From NCBI GenBank assembly GCA_937960465.1, contig CALGPO010000063.1, positions 1 to 62,573 on the forward strand: a stretch of DNA of 62,573 bases. Reading direction: 5' to 3'. Positions 28,422-38,679 of this stretch are shown here, piece after piece. How positions within the stretch are numbered: position 1 is the first letter of the stretch; every line of letters begins with the position of its first letter. Under the pieces are notes generated by a model, which saw only the letters and a list, made by a program, of their open reading frames with translations, was not told the origin of the DNA and ran no database searches. The translations under genes were made by a program, and so were the position numbers. The stretch is from an uncultured bacterium (GTDB lineage: Bacteria; Nitrospirota; Thermodesulfovibrionia; Thermodesulfovibrionales; Dissulfurispiraceae).

Positions 28422-29009
28422 ATGCTTTTGATGATAGACAACTACGACTCATTTACATACAACCTCGTCCAGTATCTGGGAGAGTTGGGTGAGGATGTTC
28501 GTGTATACAGAAATGATAAGATAACCATTGAAGACATAGAAAAGATGAAGCCAGAAAGGATTGTCATATCTCCAGGACCATGTACACCGAGAGAGGCAGG
28601 GATATCCATTGACGTCATAAAACACTTCGCAGGCAAAATCCCGATTCTGGGCGTATGCCTCGGGCATCAGTCAATAGGCGCTGCATTTGGCGGAGAGATT
28701 GTCAGGGCACCAAACCTAATGCACGGAAAGACATCACTTATATATCATGATGGCAGGACAATATTTGAAGGACTTCCCAATCCATTCGAAGCGACAAGGT
28801 ACCATTCACTCATAATAAAAAGAGACACATTACCAGACTGCCTTGAAATAACAGCGTGGACAGATGGAACAAAGGACAACGGCATAATAATGGGAGTAAG
28901 GCACAAGGAGTTCATAATCGAAGGCGTACAGTTCCATCCCGAATCCATACTCACCACAGTGGGCAAAGACCTTTTGATGAATTTTTTAAGGCTGGCATGC
29001 AAAACATGA
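28422..29009 (+). CDS. trpG: Anthranilate synthase glutamine amidotransferase component
   Basis: [23 protein letters not shown]. Confidence 0.95.
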   Translation: MLLMIDNYDSFTYNLVQYLGELGEDVRVYRNDKITIEDIEKMKPERIVISPGPCTPREAGISIDVIKHFAGKIPILGVCLGHQSIGAAFGGEIVRAPNLMHGKTSLIYHDGRTIFEGLPNPFEATRYHSLIIKRDTLPDCLEITAWTDGTKDNGIIMGVRHKEFIIEGVQFHPESILTTVGKDLLMNFLRLACKT

Positions 29010-29164
29010 CAGATCACGAAAAAATCTCCGAGTCCGAGAATGATACCCAACTTCTTGAGGGAAGGGATAATTTTTATTTAGCGTTGAAAGATAAGCTGCT
29101 ACATGAGACATGGAGAAAAGTTCAGACGAGTTTTTGCTGACTGTAAAAAACGAGCAAGCCGAAT

Positions 29165-29193
29165 TTGACATCCCTCAATTTCATTGGTATATT
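29165..29193 (+). promoter_or_regulatory. sigma70 promoter of the TA pair
   Basis: TTGACA-17 bp-TATATT. Confidence 0.7.
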
Positions 29194-29204
29194 AAAACTA
29201 ATAT

Positions 29205-29481
29205 ATGAAGGCAAGGATTGCATATAAGGAAAAATGGCAGGTAGATGACAATATCGTTGAAATTAAGATTTGGGAAGTTCCTGTTAGTCAGGACAAACAG
29301 CATGGTTATAAATACTCTCTGGTTTATATCAAGGGCAATAAACGCATTGTTGGCTATGACAATGCCGAGGGCAAAGGAGACCCATAGGCATTATGAAGAA
29401 CAAGAGAAGCCTTATATATTTAAAGGCATAGACAAACTTTTTGAAGACTTTTACAAAGATCTACGGAGGCACTGGCAATGA
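29205..29481 (+). pseudogene. DUF6516/TumE-like toxin, frameshifted
   Basis: HGYKYSLVY...GYDNAEGKGD then HRHY...LFEDF in the +1 frame; extra C in GACCCATAGG. Confidence 0.8.
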
Positions 29482-29852
29482 GAATCAGAGATGTAAAAAT
29501 AAGGATAAAGAGCCTTGAAGAAGTCCTTAACGAAGCAAAAGAGGCTATGAAAAAACTTGAGCGCGGAGAAAAGGTTAAAAAGCATGAGGGCATTTCCTTT
29601 GAGAGCCTTGACGCCATGAGAAGGGTTTTAACAGAGGAAAGAATAAGGGTATTGAAGACAATAAAAAAAGAGCATCCTCAATCAATATACGAACTGGCAA
29701 AGATGCTTGGCAGAAATGTAAAGAATACCTTTGATGATGTCCAGTTCCTCGCGGGAATGGGGCTTATTGAGCTGAAGAAAACAAAGGAAGGCAGAGAAAA
29801 AACAGCTCCAATAGTGAAATACGACAGGATATTGTTAGAGATAGCTATTTGA
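29478..29852 (+). CDS. Winged-HTH antitoxin (HVO_A0114/TumA-like)
   Basis: ISFES...LTEERIRVL...SIYELAKMLGRNVKN; coupled to the toxin. Confidence 0.82.
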   Translation: MRIRDVKIRIKSLEEVLNEAKEAMKKLERGEKVKKHEGISFESLDAMRRVLTEERIRVLKTIKKEHPQSIYELAKMLGRNVKNTFDDVQFLAGMGLIELKKTKEGREKTAPIVKYDRILLEIAI

Positions 29853-29882
29853 GCATATTTCATTAGAAAAGGAGAATTAAAA

Positions 29883-30893
29883 ATGATAAAGGAAGCCATA
29901 AGCATCATAATCCAGAACATAAGCCTTTCTGAATCAGAAATGGCAGAGTGCATGACAGAGATAATGGAAGGCAGGGCAACAGATGCACAGATAGGCGCAT
30001 TCCTCACAGCCTTGAGAATAAAGGGTGAAACAATAGAAGAGATAACAGCCGCTGTAAGGATAATGAGGGAAAAGGCGACTAAGATCAATGCTCCCGAAGG
30101 TGTTATCGACACATGCGGCACAGGCGGAGATATGTCAGGCACATTCAATATCTCGACAACCACTGCCATTGTTGTTGCTGCATCAGGTGTTCCTGTAGCA
30201 AAACACGGCAACCGTTCGGTATCGAGCCAGTCAGGTAGCGCTGATGTGCTTGAGGCACTCGGGATAAATATAGAACTGCCGCCTGAAAAGGTTGAGAAAT
30301 GCCTTTTTGAGACAAACTTCGGATTCCTCTTTGCACCATTGTTCCATCCTGCAATGAAGTTTGCCATCGGCCCACGCAGGGAAATAAGCATAAGGACGAT
30401 ATTCAATATCCTTGGTCCACTTACTAATCCTGCAAATGCAAAGAGGCAGATATTAGGGGTATTTGCAGACAGGTTGACAGAGCCCCTTGCATCGGTACTC
30501 GGAAATCTTGGTGCTGTTGATGCAATGGTTGTCCATGGAGAGGACGGGTTAGATGAGATAACCGCATGCGACGGCACAAGGGTTTCAAGATACAAAGATG
30601 GGAAAGTAGAGACATCTTACATAATGCCCGAGGATTTTGGATTTAAAAAGGCTGACTGTAAGGATCTTGCAGGAGGCAGCAAAAATGAAAACGCAGAAAT
30701 AACAATCTCCATACTAAATGGAGAAAAAGGGCCGAAACGAGATATTGTTCTCATGAACTCTGCAGCAGCTATTGTTGTAGCAGGACTCACACAGGACTTC
30801 AACACAGCAAGGGAGATTGCTGAAGAAAGCATAGACTCAAAAAAGGCATTACAAAAACTTGAAGAGATAAAGAAAGTGACAAACTCATTGTAG
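29883..30893 (+). CDS. trpD: Anthranilate phosphoribosyltransferase
   Basis: DTCGTGGD, KHGNRSVSS, GLDE. Confidence 0.97.
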   Translation: MIKEAISIIIQNISLSESEMAECMTEIMEGRATDAQIGAFLTALRIKGETIEEITAAVRIMREKATKINAPEGVIDTCGTGGDMSGTFNISTTTAIVVAASGVPVAKHGNRSVSSQSGSADVLEALGINIELPPEKVEKCLFETNFGFLFAPLFHPAMKFAIGPRREISIRTIFNILGPLTNPANAKRQILGVFADRLTEPLASVLGNLGAVDAMVVHGEDGLDEITACDGTRVSRYKDGKVETSYIMPEDFGFKKADCKDLAGGSKNENAEITISILNGEKGPKRDIVLMNSAAAIVVAGLTQDFNTAREIAEESIDSKKALQKLEEIKKVTNSL

Positions 30894-30910
30894 AAATGGA
30901 ATATATTCCA

Positions 30911-31019
30911 TCTAAGTTGAGCGATTTTGTATTCAGACTATATTCAGATTTGTAAGGCAGGTGCTGCGGAAAGAGGAGTCTTGTAGCAGTGCCTGTCTTA
31001 CAAAATCGCTCAACTTAGA
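30911..31019. mobile_element. Family B element lacking the 27-bp palindrome
   Basis: Perfect TIR TCTAAGTTGAGCGATTTTGTA...TACAAAATCGCTCAACTTAGA between convergent genes. Confidence 0.8.
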
Positions 31020-31025
31020 TTCCAG

Positions 31026-31706
31026 TTATTTAATATCCTTACAACACTCTCCAATTGGCACAGCGCCTCCGAATACCCTGTAGTATTCTTTGAGCAGTTT
31101 GCAGACCTCTTCTGGTGTATCTACAATACTGAAAAGGGCAAAGTCCTCCCTGCCTATCGTACCTTCAGGAACAAGGGTATGCTTCATCCATTCTATAAGC
31201 CCCTTCCAATAATCAGATCCAAACAGTATTATTGGAAATGACTCTATCTTGCCTGTCTGCACAAGGGTCAATGCCTCAAACAGTTCGTCCATTGTGCCGA
31301 ACCCGCCTGGAAATATAACAAAGGCAATGGCATATTTTATGAACATGAGTTTTCTTACGAAGAAATATCTAAAATCAAGGGTAATGTCCTGATATTTGTT
31401 GGGAACCTGTTCATGGGGGAGTCTGATGTTCAGACCAATGGATTTGCTCTTTCCCATTTTTGCCCCCTTGTTCGCCCCTTCCATGATACCCGGTCCTCCG
31501 CCTGTTATAACAGAGAAACCTATCTCTGAAAGCATCTTACCCACCTTAACAGCCTGATAGTAATAATATGAATCCTCCTTAAGCCTTGAACTTCCGAATA
31601 TGGTAACTGCAGGACCAATATCGAAGAGGGTCTCAAAGCCATCGACCAACTCCGACTGTATCCTGAATACCCTCCATGTCTCTGACTTCCTTAAATCTTC
31701 AATCAC
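31026..31706 (-). CDS. LOG family nucleotide phosphoribohydrolase (TIGR00730-like)
   Basis: TGGGPGIMEGAN, FFVRK, PGGFGTMDE. Confidence 0.92.
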   Translation of the reverse strand: MIEDLRKSETWRVFRIQSELVDGFETLFDIGPAVTIFGSSRLKEDSYYYYQAVKVGKMLSEIGFSVITGGGPGIMEGANKGAKMGKSKSIGLNIRLPHEQVPNKYQDITLDFRYFFVRKLMFIKYAIAFVIFPGGFGTMDELFEALTLVQTGKIESFPIILFGSDYWKGLIEWMKHTLVPEGTIGREDFALFSIVDTPEEVCKLLKEYYRVFGGAVPIGECCKDIK

Positions 31707-31772
31707 AAGAACCTCCTTTATCCAAATTACACAAGTATTGCCGTATATTGCATGATCCAGATTTATTTATCA

Positions 31773-31854
31773 CCTAAATTGAGCGATTCTATATTCAGAC
31801 CTGTCTGCGTGCACCGCACAGGCAGGCCTGCCTTACAAAATCGCTCAACTTAGA
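31773..31854. mobile_element. Family B element with the 27-bp palindrome (31800-31826); supplies the rmuC stop codon
   Basis: Near-identical to 4387-4468; a D-like end fragment lies at about 31720-31750. Confidence 0.8.
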
Positions 31855-33298
31855 TATCATCATCAAATTCCAGCGTAAGATGCTCGATATTCTTTGTGCT
31901 CTGGCTTATTTCAGAAGGAGATTCTATCTCCTTCTGGCTCGAAATCCCAAGCTCTTTGAACTTCCTTACAGAAGGAATAAGCCTCGATTCCATAGAACTC
32001 ACCCCTTTGTTGTAAGACTCTACAGCCTTTCTGATTGCAGTTCCTATATCTGCAAAATGCTCAAGCACAATAGAAAATCTATCATACAGATCTTTCCCCA
32101 AATTATTTATCTCCTGTGCACTCTTTGTGACCTGCTCCTGTTGCCAGCCGTATGCAATAGCCTTGAGAAGGGCTATAAATGTAGTTGGTGTGGAAAGTAT
32201 CACCTTATTAGCGCTTCCATCTTCTATCAACTTGTGATCATGCTCCAATGCAGCGCTGAAGAACGATTCACCTGGAAGATACATAACAACAATCTCCGGT
32301 GACTGCTTGAACTGAGCCCAGTATGCCTTTGAACTCAGGGTATTCATGTGATTCCTCACCTGGGTTATGTAATTGCTCATAGCCTTTTTCCTCTCATCTT
32401 CCGAGGATGCGGAGACTGCATTGAGATATGCATCAACAGGCGCCTTTGCATCCACAACAATCTCCCTGCCGTTTGGAAGCCTTACAACCATGTCGGGCCT
32501 GAGCCTTCCAGTATCTGTAGAAACAGACTCCTGCTCATAGAAATCACAGTATGCTGTCATGCCTGCAAGCTCAGCAACCCTCCTCAATCCTATTTCGCCC
32601 CATGAGCCGCTCACCTTTGGCCTTCTAAGAACAGTCACGAGATTGCTTGTCTCCTTCTGCAACTGCTCCTGCATGGATGCGAGAGAGCGGATTTGTTGAG
32701 TCAGACTGCCAAAGCTTTCATGCCTGTGTTTTTCTATCTGCTGGATCTGTTCTTCATATCTCTTGAGCATTTCCTGAAGCGGCTTTATGATTCCGTCCAA
32801 CGCCTCTCTATGCTCTCCAAGCTTGCCCTTTGTCTCTGCAAGTATCTTGCCGAGGTGCTCAGATGCGAGTTTGAGAAAGTCTTCATTGCTACTCTTCAAT
32901 GCTGCTGATGCATGGGCCTTGAATGTATCTGTCAGTTCGGTCTTCATCACCTCGATAAGCGACTTCTGCTCATCGAGATTTTTGTATGAATCCTCAAGCC
33001 TCTTCTTCGCCTCATCCAGTCTAATTGAGATCTCTATCTTTTGCTGTCTCTCATTATCAAGCTCGCTCCTAATCTGATTAATATCCGATTCCCTTTGCTG
33101 AACCTGCTGCCTGAGTTCACTAACAACTGCCTCTGCGCTCTTTGCCCTTCCCTCGATCTCTGCAATCCTGCCAAAATAATCTGACTGAACCTGTGAAATA
33201 CTCTGGGAATAGTCTTTCTGCAAATGTGTTCTGACAATAAACCATGTAGCTATCCCGCCTATTGCCAGTCCTGCGACTAAAAATATTATTTCCATCAT
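31850..33298 (-). CDS. rmuC: DNA recombination protein RmuC
   Basis: N-terminal TM, coiled coil, GSWGE, LRPD..VRLP, VDAKAP, TPTT. Confidence 0.93.
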   Translation of the reverse strand: MMEIIFLVAGLAIGGIATWFIVRTHLQKDYSQSISQVQSDYFGRIAEIEGRAKSAEAVVSELRQQVQQRESDINQIRSELDNERQQKIEISIRLDEAKKRLEDSYKNLDEQKSLIEVMKTELTDTFKAHASAALKSSNEDFLKLASEHLGKILAETKGKLGEHREALDGIIKPLQEMLKRYEEQIQQIEKHRHESFGSLTQQIRSLASMQEQLQKETSNLVTVLRRPKVSGSWGEIGLRRVAELAGMTAYCDFYEQESVSTDTGRLRPDMVVRLPNGREIVVDAKAPVDAYLNAVSASSEDERKKAMSNYITQVRNHMNTLSSKAYWAQFKQSPEIVVMYLPGESFFSAALEHDHKLIEDGSANKVILSTPTTFIALLKAIAYGWQQEQVTKSAQEINNLGKDLYDRFSIVLEHFADIGTAIRKAVESYNKGVSSMESRLIPSVRKFKELGISSQKEIESPSEISQSTKNIEHLTLEFDDDI

Positions 33299-33321
33299 AA
33301 AAATTTCCTATCTTTCTTGCT

Positions 33322-33460
33322 CTAAATCTCCTCGAAACCTTCCTGTCTGAAATGGCCGTCAAATGTGAGGCAATTCTTAATCTTTATTTTTATGGCTCGA
33401 GTCCTTTTTGTTTATTAGAGCATAAATGGCGCTCGTATCAAGAAATACAAACTCTTTCAT
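33322..33460 (-). pseudogene. VapC/PIN toxin with a large internal deletion
   Basis: N-terminus MKEFVFLDTSAIYALINKKDSSH joined out of frame to C-terminus CLTFDGHFRQEGF*. Confidence 0.75.
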
Positions 33461-33675
33461 TTTTTACCGTAAAGCCATTTATCATGGTCTTTGCCGTAAC
33501 ATTCTGTATCCTCTGCTATACCTGAAACAGACAAAAGGGAGTAGACATCCGACTCGCGGGAGTAATTTTCTATGATTTCTCTTAACACCTGAGAAATGCT
33601 CTTTTTCTCCTGCTCTGCTTTTTTTTTCAAAAATGCGTAGTGTTTGTCATCTATTATTACCTGTGTCCTATGCAT
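33457..33675 (-). CDS. RHH/CopG-type antitoxin (VapB-like)
   Basis: MHRTQVII...KSISQVLRE...DHDKWLYG; overlaps the toxin start. Confidence 0.8.
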   Translation of the reverse strand: MHRTQVIIDDKHYAFLKKKAEQEKKSISQVLREIIENYSRESDVYSLLSVSGIAEDTECYGKDHDKWLYGKK

Positions 33676-33736
33676 ATTACATCGCCTCCAGCTACATCAT
33701 AAAAAACTATATCATAAAAAGCAAGGCAGGGACACA

Positions 33737-33799
33737 AATGCTCTCGTCCTTAAGCTCGCTCATGTTTCGGCTATCGCCGAGGATTATGGTGGGGGGTAT
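33737..33799. repeat. 63-bp copy of the 5' end of the MTase gene (35596-35660)
   Basis: Identical except for a G6 versus G8 run. Confidence 0.92.
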
Positions 33800-33802
33800 T
33801 GA

Positions 33803-34390
33803 TCATATAAACAATTCTCCTAAATCCACCTCTATACCATTTTTGAGCTTCTTGTAATAGATAAGTTTAACGGCTATCTGCTCGCTCAATCCCTTTTTGA
33901 TTTTATAAGTATCCGGTTTTATTGATACAGGAATGTCTCCGACATAACCATCAATTCCTCTTGACTCCTCTGTGTTATTAGCCAGTCTGTAATCAACGCC
34001 TTTCAGTTCGGACGCCTTTCTCAGGACAGCCTCCTGAAATTTAAGACCAAGAAAGGTTTTGACAAGAACAAGATCTTTTGTCCATTCATTTACCATCTCT
34101 TCATCTATTTTATTTACTGCGTATTTAAGCTTTTTTACCATGTCAAAAATTTTTTCCCTTGCGTTCTTTATTGCATCAGGATGCCTTTGAAGATACCATT
34201 CTTCCCATTCATCAAACTTTTTGCCAGGAAACTCCTGTATCAAGTCGCTTAACTGTCTGACAACTTTTGGTCTTGTTCCCTGCGCATTCTGATTGGCAAG
34301 GTTGATAATCTGTGTAACATATTTAGGAAATGAGGGGGGATCTATCTCTAAGGCTTCTCTGATTTGCTCATTGGTAAGTTTTATCTTCAT
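33803..34390 (-). CDS. Type II restriction endonuclease, MjaI family
   Basis: NQNAQGTRPKVV, WEEWY, EESRGIDGY, VSIKP. Confidence 0.8.
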   Translation of the reverse strand: MKIKLTNEQIREALEIDPPSFPKYVTQIINLANQNAQGTRPKVVRQLSDLIQEFPGKKFDEWEEWYLQRHPDAIKNAREKIFDMVKKLKYAVNKIDEEMVNEWTKDLVLVKTFLGLKFQEAVLRKASELKGVDYRLANNTEESRGIDGYVGDIPVSIKPDTYKIKKGLSEQIAVKLIYYKKLKNGIEVDLGELFI

Positions 34391-35682
34391 TAAATGTCTT
34401 TCCTCTCTGATTTTTGCATCGCTATGAATTTATCCCTGTATCTGAAGTCCATAGAAAAATCCGCTTTAGCCAGATGATTTTTAATTAGATGGGCGTTTAT
34501 AAAAGTTTTGTTTTTCAAATAAAGATAGCATAAAAGATTGCCTTCTTTATCATATTTTGTAACATCAAATTTCAAAAACACCTTTTGCCCTTTCAGTTTT
34601 TGCTTCAGAAACTGAAGCGCCTTTCCGTTTATCTCCTTGCTCTCTTTAACGCCAATGAGCCTGACCTTCAAATCATTGTCCAGAACTACCATCTCAGGGC
34701 TTATAACCTCTTTAACGGAATAATAGGTTTCTCTATGAGCGTCCGAGTTGTCTATCTTTGAGCCAAATCTTAATTTCTTAGGGTCAATCTTCTTATCGAA
34801 CTTAACAGGGTCTTTAAAGACATAAGGAAGTTTCTGGATTTCTTTTTTGAAGTCTATCCCCTTGTCTTCCTGCACGAATACTCTAATATCTCCCTTTATT
34901 TTTTCTTTGATTGCATGCAAAAAATTTCTATTGATTTCGTATCCAACAGAATTTCTATTCAGATTCTTCGCAGCAAGGCAGGTTGTTCCGCTTCCAAGAA
35001 ATGGGTCAAGCACGGTATCGCCTACAAAGCTGAACATCTTTATAAGTCTTTTAGGCAATTCTTCAGGAAACATGGCAAGGTGCTTATCCTGCCTTTCACC
35101 AGGAAAGTTCCAGTGGCCGTAAAAATACTCGTTCCACTCTTCTGTAGTCAGCTTTGATTTTTCTTTTATCTCTCTACTGACTTTTGGAGGGTTCCCGAGT
35201 TTTTTAAAAATCAGGATGAACTCATAGTCAAGCTTTATAATCCCATTTCTCGGATACGGGAAAGACCCCATGATCGTTGCCCCGCCTGTTGTATTGCATG
35301 TCGTAACCTTTTGCCAGATAATAGCTCCCATGTAATCAAATCCGATTGTCTCACAGAACCTGATTATCTCCTCTCTTATGGGAATTATTTTATAACGACC
35401 GTAATAGACAGACCTTGCGAACTGGTCGCCGATATTCACGCACAAACGGCAGCCTTTATGCAGAACTCGATAACATTCCTTCCAGACAAGGTTAAGATTG
35501 TTAATGTAGTCCTCATAGCTGTCATTAAACCCTATCTGACTCTCATTGCCATAGTCCTTCAACTGCCAATAGGGAGGAGATGTAACGATAAGATGAATGC
35601 TCTCGTCCTTAAGCTCGCTCATGTTTCGGCTATCGCCGAGGATTATGGTGGGGGGGGTATGGGGCATAATTTCTCCAATCAA
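34390..35682 (-). CDS. Beta-class N4C/N6A DNA methyltransferase fused to a C-terminal SNase-like domain
   Basis: VTSPPY...DPFLGSGTT; C-terminal KVRLIGV...YDKEGNLLCYLY...FINAHLIK. Confidence 0.88.
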   Translation of the reverse strand: MIGEIMPHTPPTIILGDSRNMSELKDESIHLIVTSPPYWQLKDYGNESQIGFNDSYEDYINNLNLVWKECYRVLHKGCRLCVNIGDQFARSVYYGRYKIIPIREEIIRFCETIGFDYMGAIIWQKVTTCNTTGGATIMGSFPYPRNGIIKLDYEFILIFKKLGNPPKVSREIKEKSKLTTEEWNEYFYGHWNFPGERQDKHLAMFPEELPKRLIKMFSFVGDTVLDPFLGSGTTCLAAKNLNRNSVGYEINRNFLHAIKEKIKGDIRVFVQEDKGIDFKKEIQKLPYVFKDPVKFDKKIDPKKLRFGSKIDNSDAHRETYYSVKEVISPEMVVLDNDLKVRLIGVKESKEINGKALQFLKQKLKGQKVFLKFDVTKYDKEGNLLCYLYLKNKTFINAHLIKNHLAKADFSMDFRYRDKFIAMQKSERKDI

Positions 35683-35774
35683 TTGGTATTCTAAATATAA
35701 ATTGCCATTGGTATTACCGATAAAGCAGGACTTTCAAGATGCAACTATGTCACAGCCTTCCTAAATTACTTTTT

Positions 35775-36691
35775 TCACATATTATCCTCAAACAACTTCT
35801 CCCACATTTTCGCTCCCTTCCCATACTTTTTGCTGATTGTATTTTGGAGTTCCCTAAGTTTTTCATCATACAATTGAGAAAAAGTTTTCCCTCCCTCTTT
35901 ATCTGTGAATTCTTTATTCACCTCGGCAATTATTTTATCTTGAATTACGCAAGTATTGATAGCATATGGCAGCAGGTGTGCTGAAAAGACTTTACACTTT
36001 AGAACATTACAATAAGGCATTCTCTTGAATCCGTCACCTACTACATTGCTATCTATTTTAGGTAAAGGCGTTAATAGTCTTTTAATATGCATAAAAACAA
36101 CGACTTTGTAAAGGCTTTGATGCACACCTGCTGCCATATATTGCGTAATTCGGGTTTATATATTTCTTGGGCGATTCCCTTATTGCCGATAAATTCCCAG
36201 AATTCCCTCCCTATTTTCCAGTCAATCTGCGAGTATCTGCGTATAATACCGCTGACTTTCTGCTTATTCCCATAAGTCATTCCCAATAATGCTATTGAGC
36301 CTGCATTTCTTCTCGTTGCTGATAATAGTAACTTATTTATCATTTCTACAAGATCTTTATTCGGGGTGTTAGGGCCTGCTTTCATTTGAATATAATAGCG
36401 TCTGCCTTTTTTCTCTATAAAAATGTCACCGCCCTCTACGCCTGTCCCCTTTCCACCAATAAGTTTGGCTATTTTCTGAATCCTTGTTCCAAAACTGGTA
36501 ACAACGCTCCTTTCTAATCTCTCATTAATCATAAATTCAGCGATTTTTTCAGGAGAATCAAGATTCAATATCCTTAAAAGAAAAGGGTTGAAATTAAGAT
36601 TGCTGATGCTTAGCTTCTTTAGCGCATTGTGCCGAGATTTTGCTATTTCTGAAAATTCTTTCTTGATCAGGTTTCTTATTTCTTCCTTCAT
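35775..36691 (-). pseudogene. Type II restriction endonuclease (PmeII-like) split by a MITE
   Basis: NPFL, TSFG, GGDI, QMKAGPNT, GREFWEFI; removing the element plus one TSD gives a 231-aa ORF. Confidence 0.82.
35938..36155 (-). mobile_element. Family D 218-bp MITE-like element without the 27-bp insert; TTA target duplication
   Basis: TIR (T/A)CYYGAATTACGCAA; TTA at 35935-37 and 36156-58. Confidence 0.9.
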
Positions 36692-37583
36692 TTTGTATCC
36701 TTTCAATGATATATTTGCAGAATTCCGGATTATTCTCAATGAGAATATAATTTCTATCCAGAAGTAATGCTGCAACGCCTGTGGTTCCTGACCCAGCAAA
36801 TGGGTCTAATACCAAATCACCTTTGCCTGTAAAGAGTTTAATAAACCATTCTGGTAGCGCAACTGGAAATACAGCACTATGATTTTTGTTTGAGCACTCA
36901 GTTGAAAGATGAAGAACATTAGTTGGATATGCCATCTCTCTTCCAAGCCAGTTTGATATATTTTTCCCATACTTGCTATTAGTACGAGATTCGAATCTTA
37001 TAACATCATTTTTCCCTAAGCTTTTAAGTCTCTTCTCTGCCCAACCTCCCATCGGCACCATTACCTCTTCTTGGAACATCTTAAATTTTTTATTTTTATT
37101 GAACTGGAGGCACCGTTCCCATGCGTCTCTGAATCTGTTTGGCCATTTGCCAGGATAGCAGTTCTTTTTATGCCATATAAACTCCTCTGTCCAAAGCCAC
37201 CCTTGTTTTCTCATACCCAAAATAGTCTCGATAACATATGTATGTCTTTCTCCGTTAATTACCTTCTCTTTTATATTCAGAATAAAAGTCCCTGTAGGTT
37301 TTAAAATTCTGTAAAACTCCTTTGTCCTTTCAAGAAGCCAATCAGCAAATTTATTCGGATGGATGCCGCCATAGTGCCATTCTCTTGCGTCTGCATAAGG
37401 AGGGGAAGTAACAATTAGATCAATAGAGTCTTCGGGAAACTTTTTACAGACATCTAAACAATCGCCTTCGTACACTTTGTTAATGAAGTCCAAAGATACA
37501 TAGGGCGTAATCGTTTCTGCTATCAAAAAATTTTTATTGCCCTTCGTTTTTTTTACTTTCGATAAATTAAGGATGTTTCGCAT
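36594..37583 (-). CDS. Beta-class N4C/N6A DNA methyltransferase
   Basis: VTSPPYAD, HSAVFP, DPFAGSGTT. Confidence 0.92.
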   Translation of the reverse strand: MRNILNLSKVKKTKGNKNFLIAETITPYVSLDFINKVYEGDCLDVCKKFPEDSIDLIVTSPPYADAREWHYGGIHPNKFADWLLERTKEFYRILKPTGTFILNIKEKVINGERHTYVIETILGMRKQGWLWTEEFIWHKKNCYPGKWPNRFRDAWERCLQFNKNKKFKMFQEEVMVPMGGWAEKRLKSLGKNDVIRFESRTNSKYGKNISNWLGREMAYPTNVLHLSTECSNKNHSAVFPVALPEWFIKLFTGKGDLVLDPFAGSGTTGVAALLLDRNYILIENNPEFCKYIIERIQNEGRNKKPDQERIFRNSKISAQCAKEAKHQQS

Positions 37584-37638
37584 ATTTTTTACTCCACCTT
37601 TCTAAACTCTCCTCTATCCTTATCAACCAAAAACATCT

Positions 37639-37983
37639 TCACAAATTTAAATGCACTCTCAATGCTTCATTTATAGCCTCTTGCGCATTGTGATCATTAA
37701 TAAATCCAATTAAATCTTTCAGCCTTTGTTTTGATATCGTTCTTATTTGGTGAGCAAGAACAATTGAGTTATGAGATAGTCCTCCGGTACCTTCTTTTAA
37801 CATAACTTCGTTGGGATAAACTTTTCTGTCTTTTTTTAGGGAGGTTACAGGCAAAACTGTTACGACAGGCATAACATTGTTAAAATCTTCATCGCTAATA
37901 ATAAGGACAGGTCTTTTGCCCTTTTGTTCCGAACCGACAACAGGACTAAGGTCTGCTGTAAATATTCTCCACTTATAATTCAT
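37639..37983 (-). CDS. mazF: MazF/PemK toxin (intact)
   Basis: ADLSPVVGSEQKGKRPVLIIS, QIRTISKQRL. Confidence 0.92.
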   Translation of the reverse strand: MNYKWRIFTADLSPVVGSEQKGKRPVLIISDEDFNNVMPVVTVLPVTSLKKDRKVYPNEVMLKEGTGGLSHNSIVLAHQIRTISKQRLKDLIGFINDHNAQEAINEALRVHLNL

Positions 37984-38231
37984 TTTTCTGATACTTCAAA
38001 GTCTGCGTATTCAAAATCTTCCTCTATTTCTTTAATGTCTGCAAGAAAAAGAGGGTCCTGAGCAGCTGCCCTGATAGCAGTCCTAATTTGTTCCTTCTTT
38101 ATCTTTTCAATCTTATCTTTCACTGCTGTCTCAACAAAAACATTCATGGATTTAAAAAAACCCTTTCCGACAATTTCCTTAGCCTCTGCCATTACCCGTT
38201 CATCAAGAACAAAAGTCGCCTTTTTCCCCAT
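37980..38231 (-). CDS. Antitoxin (RHH-like)
   Basis: Small ORF with an acidic tail, coupled upstream of mazF. Confidence 0.78.
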   Translation of the reverse strand: MGKKATFVLDERVMAEAKEIVGKGFFKSMNVFVETAVKDKIEKIKKEQIRTAIRAAAQDPLFLADIKEIEEDFEYADFEVSEK

Positions 38232-38252
38232 AACTAATCCTCCTTAATCTTG

Positions 38253-38469
38253 ACCTTACAGTTGCATAAAATCAAAGGTTACAGCAAGGACTAACATGCG
38301 TAAAAGACTTTGCCTGCGACACCTTATAAGATTTTCATACCACCATATCGTATTCAGCATTGGATTCAACCCTCTGTTAAAACATTTATACCCTGCATGA
38401 ATACGGTTTCCTGTCGCTTGTAAAGGCTTTGAAGCATGTTAGTCCTTGCTGTCTATGCAACATTAAGGT
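38253..38469 (-). mobile_element. Family A MITE-like element, copy 4
   Basis: 217 bp, reverse complement of copy 1. Confidence 0.88.
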
Positions 38470-38679
38470 TTATTATAGAACATTTAGCTCGTAGCTGATA
38501 GCTGATGAATGCTAAAAAGTCTTTTGCTGCTAAATATTAGCTATGAGCCATGAGCTATCAACTCGCATTGATAAAGGCTCTGAAGCCGTGCCTGCTTTTC
38601 TTCATTACGGATTGTGTCTTGACTACACCTTGCTGGTTTAAATAAAATCCATGAAATTATACCAGAGGAGGATTTTAAA

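Noticed and set aside
29678-30595. 305-aa antisense ORF and the many other antisense ORFs in the track
   Set aside because: They overlap well-supported genes on the opposite strand and show no recognisable motifs
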